Source of the DNA: a bacterium
GTDB lineage: Bacteria > Electryoneota > Electryoneia > Electryoneales > Electryoneaceae
Direction: 5' to 3'
Assembly: GCA_963675295.2 (NCBI GenBank)
Contig: CAXXKJ010000002.1
Span: 3,040,001-3,104,000 of the forward strand
DNA length: 64,000 bases
Shown one piece after another: positions 10,490 through 20,910 of this stretch (the stretch's first letter is position 1; the number at the start of each line of letters is the position of its first letter). The notes under the pieces are model-generated. The model worked only from the letters and a program-made list of their open reading frames with translations. It was not told the DNA's origin and did no database searches. Both the position numbers and the translations under genes were made by a program.

Positions 10490-11476
10490 TTAGTCGCGCA
10501 ACTCGTCCAGCAGTGCCGCCGGGGTAATCGGAACCACGCCGACGCGTCCAACCACATACTCAGCCGCCATGGTGGCCAGCCGTGCAGCCTGTTCGGGTTC
10601 GAGACCACTGACCAACGCCAGCGTGATGGTGCTGATGACGGTGTCGCCGGCGCCGGAAACATCCGAGATGCGGCGTGGTTTGGTTTCGATGTGTACCGGC
10701 TCGTGTTCGTTCTCCAGCAGCGTCATGCCCTGCGCGCCGCGGGTGATGAGGACGTGCTCAGCGTTCAACCGGCGCTTCAGCTCACGGCAGGCGTTTTCGA
10801 CGTCTTCGTCCGTAACGATCTCGCGGCCCAGCGCATTGGACGCTTCCCTCAGGTTCGGCTTGAAGAGGGTCGAATCGACGTAATCAAAGAAATGGTTCGA
10901 CTTCGGATCGACGGTGACAGGTACCCCCTTCTCCCGCGCCAGCGAAATGCTCTCACGGATCAGGGTTCGTGTCAACAGGCCCTTGTTGTAGTCCTGCAGG
11001 ATGACGGCGTCCGCCCCGCGCAGTGACTGGCTCATCCGATCCATCACTTCGTCCTGGATCTCACGTGGCGCAATGCCGGTTTTTTCCCGGTCGACACGCA
11101 GCAGCTGCTGGTTGCCGGAGATGACACGCGTCTTGACCGTCGTCGGACGCTCGTCCGTGACCACCAGCCCGTTCGGACTCGCCCCCTGGCTGCTCAGCAG
11201 TTCGGCCAGTTCGCGGCCGTTGTCGTCATTGCCGATCAATCCGACCGGGATACAATTCGCGCCGAGGCTGGTCAGGTTAAGCACCACGTTTCCCGCGCCG
11301 CCGGGCCGCTGCTGATCCTCGGTCACCTCGACGACCGGCACCGGCGCTTCCGGGCTAATGCGTTTCACCGCACCCCAGATGTAGCGGTCGAGCATGAAGT
11401 CGCCGACGACAACGATGCGTTTGCCACGCATAGAGCGCAGCGAAGTTTGAATGAGGTCGCGGGTCAACTGAACCAT
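10490..11476 (-). CDS. rfaE1: D-glycero-beta-D-manno-heptose-7-phosphate kinase (RfaE domain I)
   Basis: VVGDFMLDRY, RISPEAPVPVV, GGAGNV, QDYNKG, PfkB-type DVSGAGDTV. Confidence 0.94.
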   Translation of the reverse strand: MVQLTRDLIQTSLRSMRGKRIVVVGDFMLDRYIWGAVKRISPEAPVPVVEVTEDQQRPGGAGNVVLNLTSLGANCIPVGLIGNDDNGRELAELLSSQGASPNGLVVTDERPTTVKTRVISGNQQLLRVDREKTGIAPREIQDEVMDRMSQSLRGADAVILQDYNKGLLTRTLIRESISLAREKGVPVTVDPKSNHFFDYVDSTLFKPNLREASNALGREIVTDEDVENACRELKRRLNAEHVLITRGAQGMTLLENEHEPVHIETKPRRISDVSGAGDTVISTITLALVSGLEPEQAARLATMAAEYVVGRVGVVPITPAALLDELRD

Positions 11477-11480
11477 TGCA

Positions 11481-12392
11481 TCACTCCACGTGCTCAGGGC
11501 GTGTTTTCCAGCGTCTGTGCAGCCACAGCCATTGTTCGGGATGGCGTCGAATATAGCTTTCCAGGGTGCGGGTGAGCTCTGCGGTCAGCTCCACGATGTC
11601 TCGCTCGCGGTCACCCGTCCTCGGAATCTCGACCTCGCGGAAGCGGAAATGGATGCGTCCGTCCTTTTCGCGCCAGCTTTCGAACGCCAGCACCGTCGGC
11701 CGCCGTTTAACCGCGAAGGTTGCCACGCCCCGGAAGGTGGAGGCTTGCCGTCCGAAGAACGGGACGAAGACGCCGTCCCGGCGTGCGTCCTGATCCATCA
11801 GCATCGCGACAATGCGCTTGCGTTTCAAAGCGTCCAGCACGCCACGGCCGGCGTCATTGCGTTTCACAATCTCGATGCCTGCCGCACGGCGATGATGGTC
11901 GATCAATTCTTCGATCAGCGGGTTCGACTGTTGCGCGACGACGTACGTGGTGGGATAACCCTTCCACGCCGCCCACGCGCCGACCAACTCCCAGTTGCCG
12001 AGGTGCCCGCTGACCACGATTCCGCCTTGGTCATCTGCCGCAGCCTTATCCAGCGCCCGCAGGCTCTCCTCGTCGGTGGCGACCCACTTGTCGAAGGATC
12101 CGTCAACCAGCACCGGAATCCGCGCCAGCTCCCCTGCAACAGCACCGAAGTGCGAATACACCCGCCGCACGGTCTTTTTCCGCCAGTCGAGGGTGCTGTC
12201 CGGGAAGGCGTGCTCCAGGTTATCCACCGCGACCTCGACACGGATGTGCAACAGATCATGGATCAGAGTTGCGAGGATGCTGCCCAGTCGTTGCGTCGAG
12301 CGATGCGGGAGTGCTCGGAAGACGGTCGCGACGAGTTTCGCGGCCGTTTCCTCGAGAATCATCAGCCAACGTGGTTTCTTGTGACGGCCCAT
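11481..12392 (-). CDS. Lipid A biosynthesis (lauroyl/myristoyl) acyltransferase, LpxL/HtrB family
   Basis: HLGNWE, LMDQ, VPFFG, PEQWLWLHRRWK; start trimmed to ATG 12392 (MGRHKK). Confidence 0.88.
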   Translation of the reverse strand: MGRHKKPRWLMILEETAAKLVATVFRALPHRSTQRLGSILATLIHDLLHIRVEVAVDNLEHAFPDSTLDWRKKTVRRVYSHFGAVAGELARIPVLVDGSFDKWVATDEESLRALDKAAADDQGGIVVSGHLGNWELVGAWAAWKGYPTTYVVAQQSNPLIEELIDHHRRAAGIEIVKRNDAGRGVLDALKRKRIVAMLMDQDARRDGVFVPFFGRQASTFRGVATFAVKRRPTVLAFESWREKDGRIHFRFREVEIPRTGDRERDIVELTAELTRTLESYIRRHPEQWLWLHRRWKTRPEHVE

Positions 12393-12549
12393 GGCGCGTA
12401 TACTGTCGTCTGGTAGATGGTCGTGGCAAGGCAGAACGTAGCAAACGAAGATGCGGTGGAACTCCTCCCGGGAGCCAACGGTGCAACGGTCGGAGTTCGG
12501 CAGAACACACGCAATCAGGCAGGATTCACCCTCACGAACAGACCCGTCC

Positions 12550-14595
12550 ATGAGCCGACGTGATTCGATACAACGTGGTTTACCGTTGCTGCTGGTTATT
12601 GTTCTGGTGGCCACCGGTTTCGCGCAAACTCCACAACAGCGCCGAAATTCCAGTTCGCCGCAGAATTCCCAGCCCGATACCCTGCTGTGGCAGGCGCAAC
12701 CGGAAACGTTGCGCATCGACCGCACGTTGCAGCCGGAACCGATTCGTCCCAACTTCAACCCCTTCCAGGATGTCGAGCAGAGTACCGAGGAAGCAGCGCA
12801 ACGGCGGCAGCTATCGCAGATGAACAATGCCGCGCGCCAGTTCGAGTTCATGGGGCAGCACGAACGCGCGCTCGACATGTACCAGCGGATGTATGATATC
12901 GATCCGGACAGCCGGCAGGCGTACGACGGTCTGAAACGTACCCTCGGCGCGCTCGGACAGTGGGATACGCTGGAATTGCTGATCCGCGAACGGATGGTGA
13001 ATCCATCCGGCTGGAGCGACCGTGCCAGCCTGCTCGCGGAACTGGGCGGCGCGTTGTACAAGTCCGGGCAGATGGCGCGTGCGGACTCGGCGTGGGATGC
13101 TGCGTTGCGTGAACCGCCGGTCTCCCAGCGCAATTACCAGGAGGTCGCGGGCGTACAACTGCGGTTGCGGCTGATGGAAGAAGCAATCGACACCTACAAG
13201 CAGGGCCGGGAGGATCTGAACAACCCGACCCTGTACGCGATCAACCTCGCCAGCCTCTTCACCGGCATCATGAACTGGGAGGACGCGACCAGCGAATTCC
13301 TGCTCGTGCTGCGTGAAAACGACCGCCGGGTGCACTATGTCCGGCGCGGACTGGCCAACTATCCGGATACTCCCGCCGCCAACGACGCGGTGATCGAAGG
13401 GATTGAGCGCGAGCTGGACGCGACCCGTCGCAACGAACCGTGGCCAGGGCATCGTGCCCAGTTGCACGAGCTGCTGGTCGATCAGCGTACCAAGAACGGG
13501 CAGTACGAGGAAGCACTGGAAGCGGTCGCGGAGCTGGACAACCTGCTCAGTGCGCACGGTGATCGCCTGCTGCGATTCGCGGCGGATGCGATCAACGAAG
13601 GGTATGAGGATGTCGCCGCTGAGGCGCTGGACATCGCGGCGGAACGGCTACGAGATCCGGAAGGCGCGGATGTTGTCAACCTGATGCGTGCCCAGGTCGC
13701 GCAGGTGGAACAGGACTTCCAGCGCGCGGATTCGCTATTTACCGTGGTGCTCGATGAGCCGGCGTCCGCACGTGTCGAACGGTCGGCGTTGATGAGCCGT
13801 GGGCTGGTCCGTTTGCAATTCCTCGACCGGGCGAAAGACGCGGCAAAGGATTTCCGTGGCGTGCGCACCCTCGGCTGGCCCGAGTATGACCGTCGGCTGG
13901 ATTACTACGAAGCCATCGCGCTGGTGCGGATCGACAGCCTGGACGCTGCCCTGATTCCGCTCGAGCGTCCGACTCAACGCGAGCGGCCGGAACGGGATAC
14001 CCACGTTGGCGTCGAAACCGAGCAGGGCGTGATCACCGACGCCGACCTGACCCATCTCGCCGCGCGGATCCTCTTGTGGCAGGGTGACAAGGATGCGGCG
14101 TCCACGTTGCTCGATTCGGTGCTCAGTCCGCCGGTTGGCGCGTCCGCGGAAAACGAAACTCTGCTACTGCTGCAGTTGCTGACGACAACGCAGGATACGG
14201 CCGCTCTGGACCTCTATGCCGAAGCCGACCACGCCGGATTCCGGGGGGACACGGCGCGTGCGTTGACGTTACTCGACTCGCTGGCGCAGAACGAGGAAAC
14301 GCCGGAGATGCTGCGTGTCGAAGCGGGCTACAACGCGGCCCTGCTGCGGCTCGACGGCGGCGACACACAGGCAGTGGTAGATTTCGCGAATGCCAATCCC
14401 GGGCATCCGAAAGTCGAAGAGGCGTGGTACCTGCTCGGGCAGTGGTGGGAAGCACAGGGTAACGCGGACGAAGCGTCGATTGCTTACGAGATGGTGCTGC
14501 TCGACTTCCCGGACGGTTTGTTGCAGGCGCTCGCGCGGCTGCGACTGGAAGAGCTGACGCTGCAGGAATTTCTCCCCGAACCGGCGGAGGGGTGA
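12550..14595 (+). CDS. Exported tetratricopeptide-repeat protein
   Basis: Signal peptide (LPLLLVIVLVATGFA-Q), helical TPR-like repeats, terminal YEMVLLDFPDGL. Confidence 0.7.
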   Translation: MSRRDSIQRGLPLLLVIVLVATGFAQTPQQRRNSSSPQNSQPDTLLWQAQPETLRIDRTLQPEPIRPNFNPFQDVEQSTEEAAQRRQLSQMNNAARQFEFMGQHERALDMYQRMYDIDPDSRQAYDGLKRTLGALGQWDTLELLIRERMVNPSGWSDRASLLAELGGALYKSGQMARADSAWDAALREPPVSQRNYQEVAGVQLRLRLMEEAIDTYKQGREDLNNPTLYAINLASLFTGIMNWEDATSEFLLVLRENDRRVHYVRRGLANYPDTPAANDAVIEGIERELDATRRNEPWPGHRAQLHELLVDQRTKNGQYEEALEAVAELDNLLSAHGDRLLRFAADAINEGYEDVAAEALDIAAERLRDPEGADVVNLMRAQVAQVEQDFQRADSLFTVVLDEPASARVERSALMSRGLVRLQFLDRAKDAAKDFRGVRTLGWPEYDRRLDYYEAIALVRIDSLDAALIPLERPTQRERPERDTHVGVETEQGVITDADLTHLAARILLWQGDKDAASTLLDSVLSPPVGASAENETLLLLQLLTTTQDTAALDLYAEADHAGFRGDTARALTLLDSLAQNEETPEMLRVEAGYNAALLRLDGGDTQAVVDFANANPGHPKVEEAWYLLGQWWEAQGNADEASIAYEMVLLDFPDGLLQALARLRLEELTLQEFLPEPAEG

Positions 14596-14669
14596 GTGAC
14601 GGGCTCTGGGCTCTGGGCTCTGGGCTCTGGGCTCTAGGTGCTGGGTTCCGGGCTCCGGTCGGCGGTCGG
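14593..14669 (+). repeat. Heptamer tandem array beginning at a stop codon
   Basis: TGAGTGA CGGGCTC (TGGGCTC)x4 TAGGTGC TGGGTTC CGGGCTC CGGTCGG CGGTCGG. Confidence 0.85.
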
Positions 14670-14759
14670 CAACGGGTTCATGTGCGCCTGATGTGATGTG
14701 CCCCTGATGGCTGTGCCAGCAGGGAAAATCCACGCTAAATCAACTAAGAACGGTGCGAT

Positions 14760-14791
14760 AAAAAAGCCCGGCATCACGTGGATGCCGGGCT
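14760..14791 (-). terminator. Terminator between the convergent TPR gene and the CTD array
   Basis: AGCCCGGCATC-ACGTG-GATGCCGGGCT hairpin with an A-run on its left (U-tract on minus strand). Confidence 0.75.
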
Positions 14792-14837
14792 GTCTTGTCT
14801 TATCTGAGTACTGATCACTGAGCACTGGCCACTGTCC

Positions 14838-16499
14838 TTACCGGACGAGCATCACCTTCTGAGTGGTGTTCAGCTTGCCCGGGACGGTCGCACGAACGAA
14901 GTACAGTCCGCTGGCCAGGTTGTGCGCGTCGAAGGTCAACTTGTGCTCACCGGCGGTGTAACGGCCGTTCGCCAATTCGGTTACCAGCTGACCGGTCACG
15001 TTGTAGACCTGAACCTTCAGATCAGACGCTTCCGGCAGGGCAACCGCGACTGTCGTGGACGGGTTGAACGGGTTCGGATACGCACTGCCCATCGCAAACT
15101 CGGTCGGCAGGCTGACCAGTTCGCCGTTGGCATCAGCAGCCAGTTCCGCGAAACGTTCGGCGCCCGTGGCGGTCCAGTCTTCCGGGTTGAACTCAAACTC
15201 GGCGTCCGAGGTCGGGCCTTCCTTGAAGACGTAGAACTGGTCCATCATCTGCATGTTCGGATTGTTGTACGACCCGACATACGCCTTGAACCAGTAGCCA
15301 CCGCCTGGAGCGAGATCCGGGAAGTACTGGGTCATGCCAAGCACTTCAAAGTTGAAGAACGCCGGAATGGTGAAGTTGATCCGGCTCACCGGGCCAAACA
15401 GCTGACCGTTCGGGAACAGGATTTGGGTCCAGTACGAACCATTCGGGAACGGCTGCCCGATCTGACCGGTGAAGTAGACGTCATAGACCACATCGCCGCC
15501 GCCTTCCGGCACCACGGAAACCTGCGGAATCAGGTTGAAGATGATGCCTTCCGGATCGGTGTCCGCGAGCACGCCGACATTTTCCACACCGGCATACCAG
15601 CCCCAGCTACCGAGGTCATCATAGTACCAGCTGAACATGACGGCATCCGCGCCGAACACGTCGTCTGTGACGTCAAACGAAGCGTTCAGGTTGCCGCCGG
15701 TATCATCGCTGACGGTGAAGATGACAGTCCACGTCGCGCCGGAATCCAGCGACCACGCGGTCTCCATCATTTCGTTTTCGTATTCCTGGAAGTAGTACTC
15801 GTAGCTGAGTACCACCGCGGCAGCCTCGCTGATGTCCACATCCGGCGTCAGCAGACGTTCCATCAGGTGCACGCTGCTGCCCGGGTAGTCGGAGTCGACG
15901 AGCATGTACGGCGTCGAGAACAGGCCACGTGAGTTCGGGATCGTGCCATCATCGACCGTCCACGTACCCGAGGCGACTGTCGTTTCGACAGCCCAGTCAG
16001 CTGGGAAGCCGTCGTCGAAATCTTCCAGCAACGCCCAGTCCGCCGGATCGAACCAGATCATCGTCACCGGGCCGGCCGGGGTCGATTCGCCGTCCGTGTA
16101 GTACGCGGTCACTTCGTAGTCGTAGGAACCGAAGTCCGGCAGCAGGTCAAAGTAGGTTTCGTCCGTGGCGGCACCGATGTATTCACCTTCACGGTAGACA
16201 CGGTATTCGACGAACTCTTCGAGGTCATCGGTGTTGTTCCACTGCTGCATCGCCTGGTTCCAGAGACGCGGATCGATCCGGAAACGCGGGGTGCGCTTCT
16301 GGTCGTCCGGCGTGTCGACTTCCGGCTCAAATACGCTCTGCTGCAGCACCGCGTCGGCGGCGACCGGAGCCGACCAGGTCAATGTGACACCACCAGTGTT
16401 CTGATCAATGGTACCTGCCAGATTGGTCGGCGGGTTCTGCGCGAATGCAGGTGCGACACAGATTGCCAGCAGCAACAACCCCAGCAACGTCTTTTTCAT
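14838..16499 (-). CDS. Secreted protein: split FN3-like module, cleaved-adhesin-like domain, pre-CTD domain, T9SS type A-like CTD
   Basis: Signal peptide; PPTNL...VTLTWSAP / EYRVYREG...YEVTAYY; LLEDFDDGFPADW...RLLTP; YPNPFNP...ASGLYF...KVMLVR. Confidence 0.8.
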   Translation of the reverse strand: MKKTLLGLLLLAICVAPAFAQNPPTNLAGTIDQNTGGVTLTWSAPVAADAVLQQSVFEPEVDTPDDQKRTPRFRIDPRLWNQAMQQWNNTDDLEEFVEYRVYREGEYIGAATDETYFDLLPDFGSYDYEVTAYYTDGESTPAGPVTMIWFDPADWALLEDFDDGFPADWAVETTVASGTWTVDDGTIPNSRGLFSTPYMLVDSDYPGSSVHLMERLLTPDVDISEAAAVVLSYEYYFQEYENEMMETAWSLDSGATWTVIFTVSDDTGGNLNASFDVTDDVFGADAVMFSWYYDDLGSWGWYAGVENVGVLADTDPEGIIFNLIPQVSVVPEGGGDVVYDVYFTGQIGQPFPNGSYWTQILFPNGQLFGPVSRINFTIPAFFNFEVLGMTQYFPDLAPGGGYWFKAYVGSYNNPNMQMMDQFYVFKEGPTSDAEFEFNPEDWTATGAERFAELAADANGELVSLPTEFAMGSAYPNPFNPSTTVAVALPEASDLKVQVYNVTGQLVTELANGRYTAGEHKLTFDAHNLASGLYFVRATVPGKLNTTQKVMLVR

Positions 16500-16709
16500 C
16501 TTGCTCCCTCCCAGCTTGTCACGGGCGCCATCTGATTGAACAACAGCGGAACCGTGCTATGTCAACGTTACATGAATGTGCGATCTATTAGCATACGTCA
16601 TCCAGAGGCAAGAACAGAGCTCACCCCCTATTCGTTCCGACGTGTAAATATACCTCATCCGCAGCACGATAAAAACCTGGAGTCCGAATTCTGTGAAATT
16701 CTCTCAGTC

Positions 16710-16738
16710 AAAAAGGCCGGGCTCCGAGGCCCGGCCTT
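16710..16738 (-). terminator. Rho-independent terminator
   Basis: AAAAA-GGCCGGGC-TCCGAG-GCCCGGCC-TT. Confidence 0.75.
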
Positions 16739-16769
16739 ACATGGATTGAAAGTTCTGAAACAGTTCAGA

Positions 16770-19310
16770 TTAACAGACCAGCATCACCTTCTGCGTCGCG
16801 TTTAACTGGCCCGGAACCATCGCGCGGATGAAGTACAGCCCACTGGCGAGGTTGGACGCATCAAACGTCAGGTTGTGCTGACCTGCGTTGAAACGACCAT
16901 TCGCGATTTCCGCGACCTGCTGCCCGGCGACGTTATACACCACCACCGTCAGGTTGGACGTTTCCGGCAGGGAGATTCGGATCGACGTGCTTGCGTTGAA
17001 CGGATTGGGATAGGCCTTTGCCATTGAATAGTTGTGAGGAAGCTGAGGCGTGGCGTCGCCGTCGTTCTCATCGGCCAGCAGTGCCCGCTCGTAGCCGGTC
17101 GCGGTCCAACCCATTGCGCCTGGAATTTCTATCGCTGACGCAGCGACCACATCAAATTCGAACGTGTCCTCACCGGCGATGAAGCTTACAAACTGCCCAG
17201 CCGCCATGTGAAACACGTAGGATCCGACCGGCGCGAACACCGGCACCGTTTGTCCAATCGCCTCGGCTTGAATCACCGTGGACGGCGTCATCGGCATGTT
17301 GCTGATCTGCCAGATCGGACCATAGTCGGACCCGTTCGGAAGCATCGCCCAGGTCCAGAAATCAACCGGGTAGGTGGATGGCAAATTGCTGGTGATCAAC
17401 GCATCGTAGATGAAGCTGCCGCCCTGCGGAACGACGACAGCGCCATTTGTGGACAGGGTAATCTCAATCAGGTCCGGAGTTTCAATCAGAGCGTCCGTAC
17501 AGTCGAACACGTCGAACGCGTTCCCAGCGCCGACAAACGCATAATTGTCCATCGCAACCACACCGGTGACCGAGCCGTACGTATCGTAATATCCGGTCTC
17601 CACAGGCGCGGTCGGGTCGGTTGCGTTGATGATGTGCAACATTCCGAATCGTTCACCCAGGTAAACAAAGCCGTCCAGCACGGAAATGGAGATCGCAAAA
17701 CCCGGTGTGTCCAGGGTGCTGAGTTCGACAGGCGCTGTTGGGTCGCTGACATCGACGATGGCCAGCCCGGCTTCATCAATCGCGACATAGGCGATACCGC
17801 CGGCGACATCGATATCAGTTGCATAGTCCACAAAGCCTGTCAGTGAGAGAAACTGCGGCGATGCCGGGTTGCTGATATCATAGATCCGCATGCCGGATGT
17901 TCCGGATGCCACGTACAGGTTATTACCCGCTATGTCAATCCCCCGAGCAAACTCGAAAATCGTGCTGACCAGGTCCGGGTTGGCTGGATCACTGACGTCA
18001 TAGATTCGCAGGCCAACGGAATACGTGCCCACGTAAGCATAATCTCCTTCAACCACGAGACCGAGAACATCTTCAGGAGCGAATGTGTTGATCACCAACG
18101 GATTTGCCGGATCGGCAACATCCACCACGACCACACCGCCATGACTGCTGGCGAGGTATGAGTATCCGTCAGAACAGACTGCTTTTTCGGTCGGAATCAG
18201 GACGTCACAGGATCCAAGCTCAACCGGCGCGTCCGGCATGCTGACATCCACCACGCGAAAGATTCCGTCCAAACTGGGGAGATACGCGATATTGTCGTTC
18301 AGCGCGCAATCCTGAATCAGCCCGGCAGGCCGGATGAAACTGATTTCTGACGGAGTCGCGGGATCGCTGACATCATAAATCCTCAGTCCGCCTTCCCAGT
18401 CGGCCAGGTACGCCACATCGCCGGTGGAAATTATTTTCTTCGCAAATCTCTCGCTGGGCATTGTACTTAGGAGGATTGGATTAATTGCGTCCGTAACATC
18501 CACCATGCAAAATCCCGAATCTCCACAAGCAACCGCCGCCGTGGTCTGCAACACCGACACACCGCGCGTTTGTCCGGGTAATACCAGAGAACCGAGTTCA
18601 AATGGCGCAGCAGGATCAGACACGTCCAGAATCATCAACCCGTGATCATCCATAGCGAGATAGGCGATGTCGTCGGCAACATGCACACCGTAGACAATAT
18701 CCGGAATGTTCATGTATGCCAGCATCGTCGGATCCGTTGGATCACTGATATCGAAGACCTTGAACTTGCTCAGATCGCCGATAAAAGCGTAATCGCCTGC
18801 AACGTCGATCGAATACGCAACACCGGTATTGGAGTTTGATCCAGCGATGGATGGTGCCGTTGGATCGCTGACATCAACCACAAACAGGGATCCACCCCAA
18901 CCGCTGGTGCAAACGTAGTCACCATCGATATCGACACATTCCAGCGAATTGCCGACATCCAAAGCACCGGTTTGTTGTGGACTGGTTGGATCGCTGACAT
19001 CGAATACACTCAACCAGCCCTGCATGTCTACGACATAGGCGTAATCGCCCTGCACGACGACAGCTTGTGCATCAATCGGCGAAGTTTGGAAACCAATTTC
19101 GGTTGGTGCAGCAGGGTCACTGATATCCACGATCCGCAGCCCGGAAAACCCGGCGGCGACAAACGCCAGATCGCCTTCGATCTTGACGTCCTCCGCGCCG
19201 TCCCATGCATTAAAAATTGATCCAGCGAGGCTGACATTGAGGCTGTCTTGTGCGAGAGCTGTTACGGAAAGAAGTGCCAACAACACGATAGCGGTAAGCG
19301 TTTTCTTCAT
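16770..19310 (-). CDS. Secreted LVIVD-repeat protein with pre-CTD domain and T9SS-like CTD
   Basis: Signal peptide MKKTLT; about 14 repeats of GDxAYV...GLxIxDVSDPxxP; YPNPFN CTD; start trimmed to 19310 (GGAGGGGGAG RBS). Confidence 0.85.
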   Translation of the reverse strand: MKKTLTAIVLLALLSVTALAQDSLNVSLAGSIFNAWDGAEDVKIEGDLAFVAAGFSGLRIVDISDPAAPTEIGFQTSPIDAQAVVVQGDYAYVVDMQGWLSVFDVSDPTSPQQTGALDVGNSLECVDIDGDYVCTSGWGGSLFVVDVSDPTAPSIAGSNSNTGVAYSIDVAGDYAFIGDLSKFKVFDISDPTDPTMLAYMNIPDIVYGVHVADDIAYLAMDDHGLMILDVSDPAAPFELGSLVLPGQTRGVSVLQTTAAVACGDSGFCMVDVTDAINPILLSTMPSERFAKKIISTGDVAYLADWEGGLRIYDVSDPATPSEISFIRPAGLIQDCALNDNIAYLPSLDGIFRVVDVSMPDAPVELGSCDVLIPTEKAVCSDGYSYLASSHGGVVVVDVADPANPLVINTFAPEDVLGLVVEGDYAYVGTYSVGLRIYDVSDPANPDLVSTIFEFARGIDIAGNNLYVASGTSGMRIYDISNPASPQFLSLTGFVDYATDIDVAGGIAYVAIDEAGLAIVDVSDPTAPVELSTLDTPGFAISISVLDGFVYLGERFGMLHIINATDPTAPVETGYYDTYGSVTGVVAMDNYAFVGAGNAFDVFDCTDALIETPDLIEITLSTNGAVVVPQGGSFIYDALITSNLPSTYPVDFWTWAMLPNGSDYGPIWQISNMPMTPSTVIQAEAIGQTVPVFAPVGSYVFHMAAGQFVSFIAGEDTFEFDVVAASAIEIPGAMGWTATGYERALLADENDGDATPQLPHNYSMAKAYPNPFNASTSIRISLPETSNLTVVVYNVAGQQVAEIANGRFNAGQHNLTFDASNLASGLYFIRAMVPGQLNATQKVMLVC
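16806..16937. repeat. 132-bp exact repeat in CTD-coding DNA, copy 1
   Basis: Identical by eye to 19509-19640. Confidence 0.85.
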
Positions 19311-19418
19311 CTCCCCCTCCCCATTGCATTGAGCTAACATTACCGCTTTCAATAGACTTACAATATGTTCGGGATTGTAGCGAAATGCAAGCTATAACTA
19401 AAGATTTGCCAAACAACA

Positions 19419-19445
19419 ACAGCCACGGTGAGTCACCATGGCTGT
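19419..19445 (-). terminator. Intergenic hairpin, probable terminator
   Basis: ACAGCCACGGTGA-G-TCACCATGGCTGT with one mismatch (G-U on the minus strand), then a GUU-rich tail. Confidence 0.5.
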
Positions 19446-19472
19446 CTGGCTTCAGGTTTGAACCTGTCGAAA

Positions 19473-20791
19473 TCAGCGGACCAGCATCACCTTCTGCGTG
19501 GCGTTCAGCTGGCCCGGAACCATCGCGCGGATGAAGTACAGCCCACTGGCGAGGTTGGACGCATCAAACGTCAGGTTGTGCTGACCTGCGTTGAAACGAC
19601 CATTCGCGATTTCCGCGACCTGCTGCCCGGCGACGTTATAGACGATCAATGTCAGCTGCGCCGCTTCCGGCAGGGTGACACCGATTGTCGTCGCGGCGTT
19701 GAACGGGTTCGGGAACGCATCCAGCAGCACGTACTGGTCCGGTAAAACCGCTTCCGGCACTACCTCACTGGCAATATCGACACTGAAGCCGCCGGTGGTC
19801 ACCCATTCACCATTTGTGTCACCACCCGCCTGATCGGTTTCGCTGAAAAACTTCAGGAAGGCGAACGAGTCGCTGAGGATGGCATTCGGGTAGTAGCCGA
19901 TGTAGCCGATGAAGTTATGCGTTCCTGGTTCGAAGGATCCCGGTACCTGATGGGTGATTGGATAGACCACACTCATTCCCGGCTGCGCGGTGAATCCCTG
20001 GTAGTAGACGGGTCCGTACATCGTGCCGGAATAGCCATCCACCATCGCCCAATAGGCCAGGCCTGGTGTTGGAACACTGAGGCCGTAGTCGAACTCAACG
20101 TTATACGACAACGGCCCACCCGCCGCCGGAACGGAAGATGTGTTGCCGGTGATGTGCATCTCGGCGTACGGTTGATCGCCGGTATAGATCACCTCCAGGT
20201 ACGGTGGAAAGTAACCGTTGTAGCCTTCGATGATGCCGTCGGTGTAGTCTCCGTCATTGGTCCCGGTGAAGCCAACCCCGAACCAGTTCTGCCCGGCGTC
20301 CAGTGCCGCCTGTAGATCCCAGATAGCCTCCGCGCTCAGCGGGATCGTGTGGGTGCCATTGAACAGCATCGTCGTCAGGTCGTCTGCATACACTGTTCCC
20401 ATTGAGTTGGCAACGTCGTTGGCGTTATCGGCGGTCGGAAAGACATACAGCGATGTCACATCCATCAACGTCGTCGGGTCGAGCGTATTCTGGATGACGG
20501 TGACATGCAGAATCACCTCTTCCACCTGGGCACCGTTCGAATCATTGCCGTGTTGAACCGCGCCAGACCACGTTCTTCCCACGCAAAAAATCGTCCGATA
20601 TGGATGTTGACCCCGATTTGTTGATAGTCCCAGTCGTTCTGCCCAAACAGGGATTCGACGGTGTGCGTGGAATAGTCTTCATACGGCGAATCCAAGATGA
20701 TGGATTCCGCCCGGCTGTTTGTTGCTGTGCCAATCAAACACAGACTTAGCACGATGACCAGCAGCCCAGCATTCGCGCTTTTGGTTTTCAT
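19473..20791 (-). pseudogene. Secreted DNRLRE-like protein with pre-CTD domain and CTD, split by a 1-nt frameshift near 20539 (pseudogene or sequencing error)
   Basis: Signal-peptide ORF MKTKSANAG... (start 20791) and CTD ORF 19473-20582 join as RGLARFNTAMI[P]NGAQVEEVIL if one C is added to ATT CGA AC. Confidence 0.75.
19509..19640. repeat. 132-bp exact repeat in CTD-coding DNA, copy 2
   Basis: Identical by eye to 16806-16937. Confidence 0.85.
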
Positions 20792-20841
20792 CCCCTGCTC
20801 CTCCTCTGTTTCTGCCCCGTTCTTAAAGTAGCATGAGAATG

Positions 20842-20872
20842 AATGCCCCACCGCTTTCGATGGGGCATTTCT
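20842..20872. terminator. Intergenic hairpin, probable terminator
   Basis: AATGCCCCA-N10-TGGGGCATT. Confidence 0.55.
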
Positions 20873-20910
20873 TGAGATTATCGGAGGATATCCGCCTCCA
20901 ACTTCAAGTG

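Noticed and set aside
12393-13133. N-terminal 247 aa of the 550-aa acyltransferase ORF
   Set aside because: Overlaps the TPR gene on the opposite strand and lacks family similarity; the real start is probably 12392.
20585-20591. T6 run as a phase-variable or slippage site explaining the 19473-20791 frameshift
   Set aside because: Shifting there loses the RGLARF...IPNGA motif; a break near 20539 gives a much better protein.
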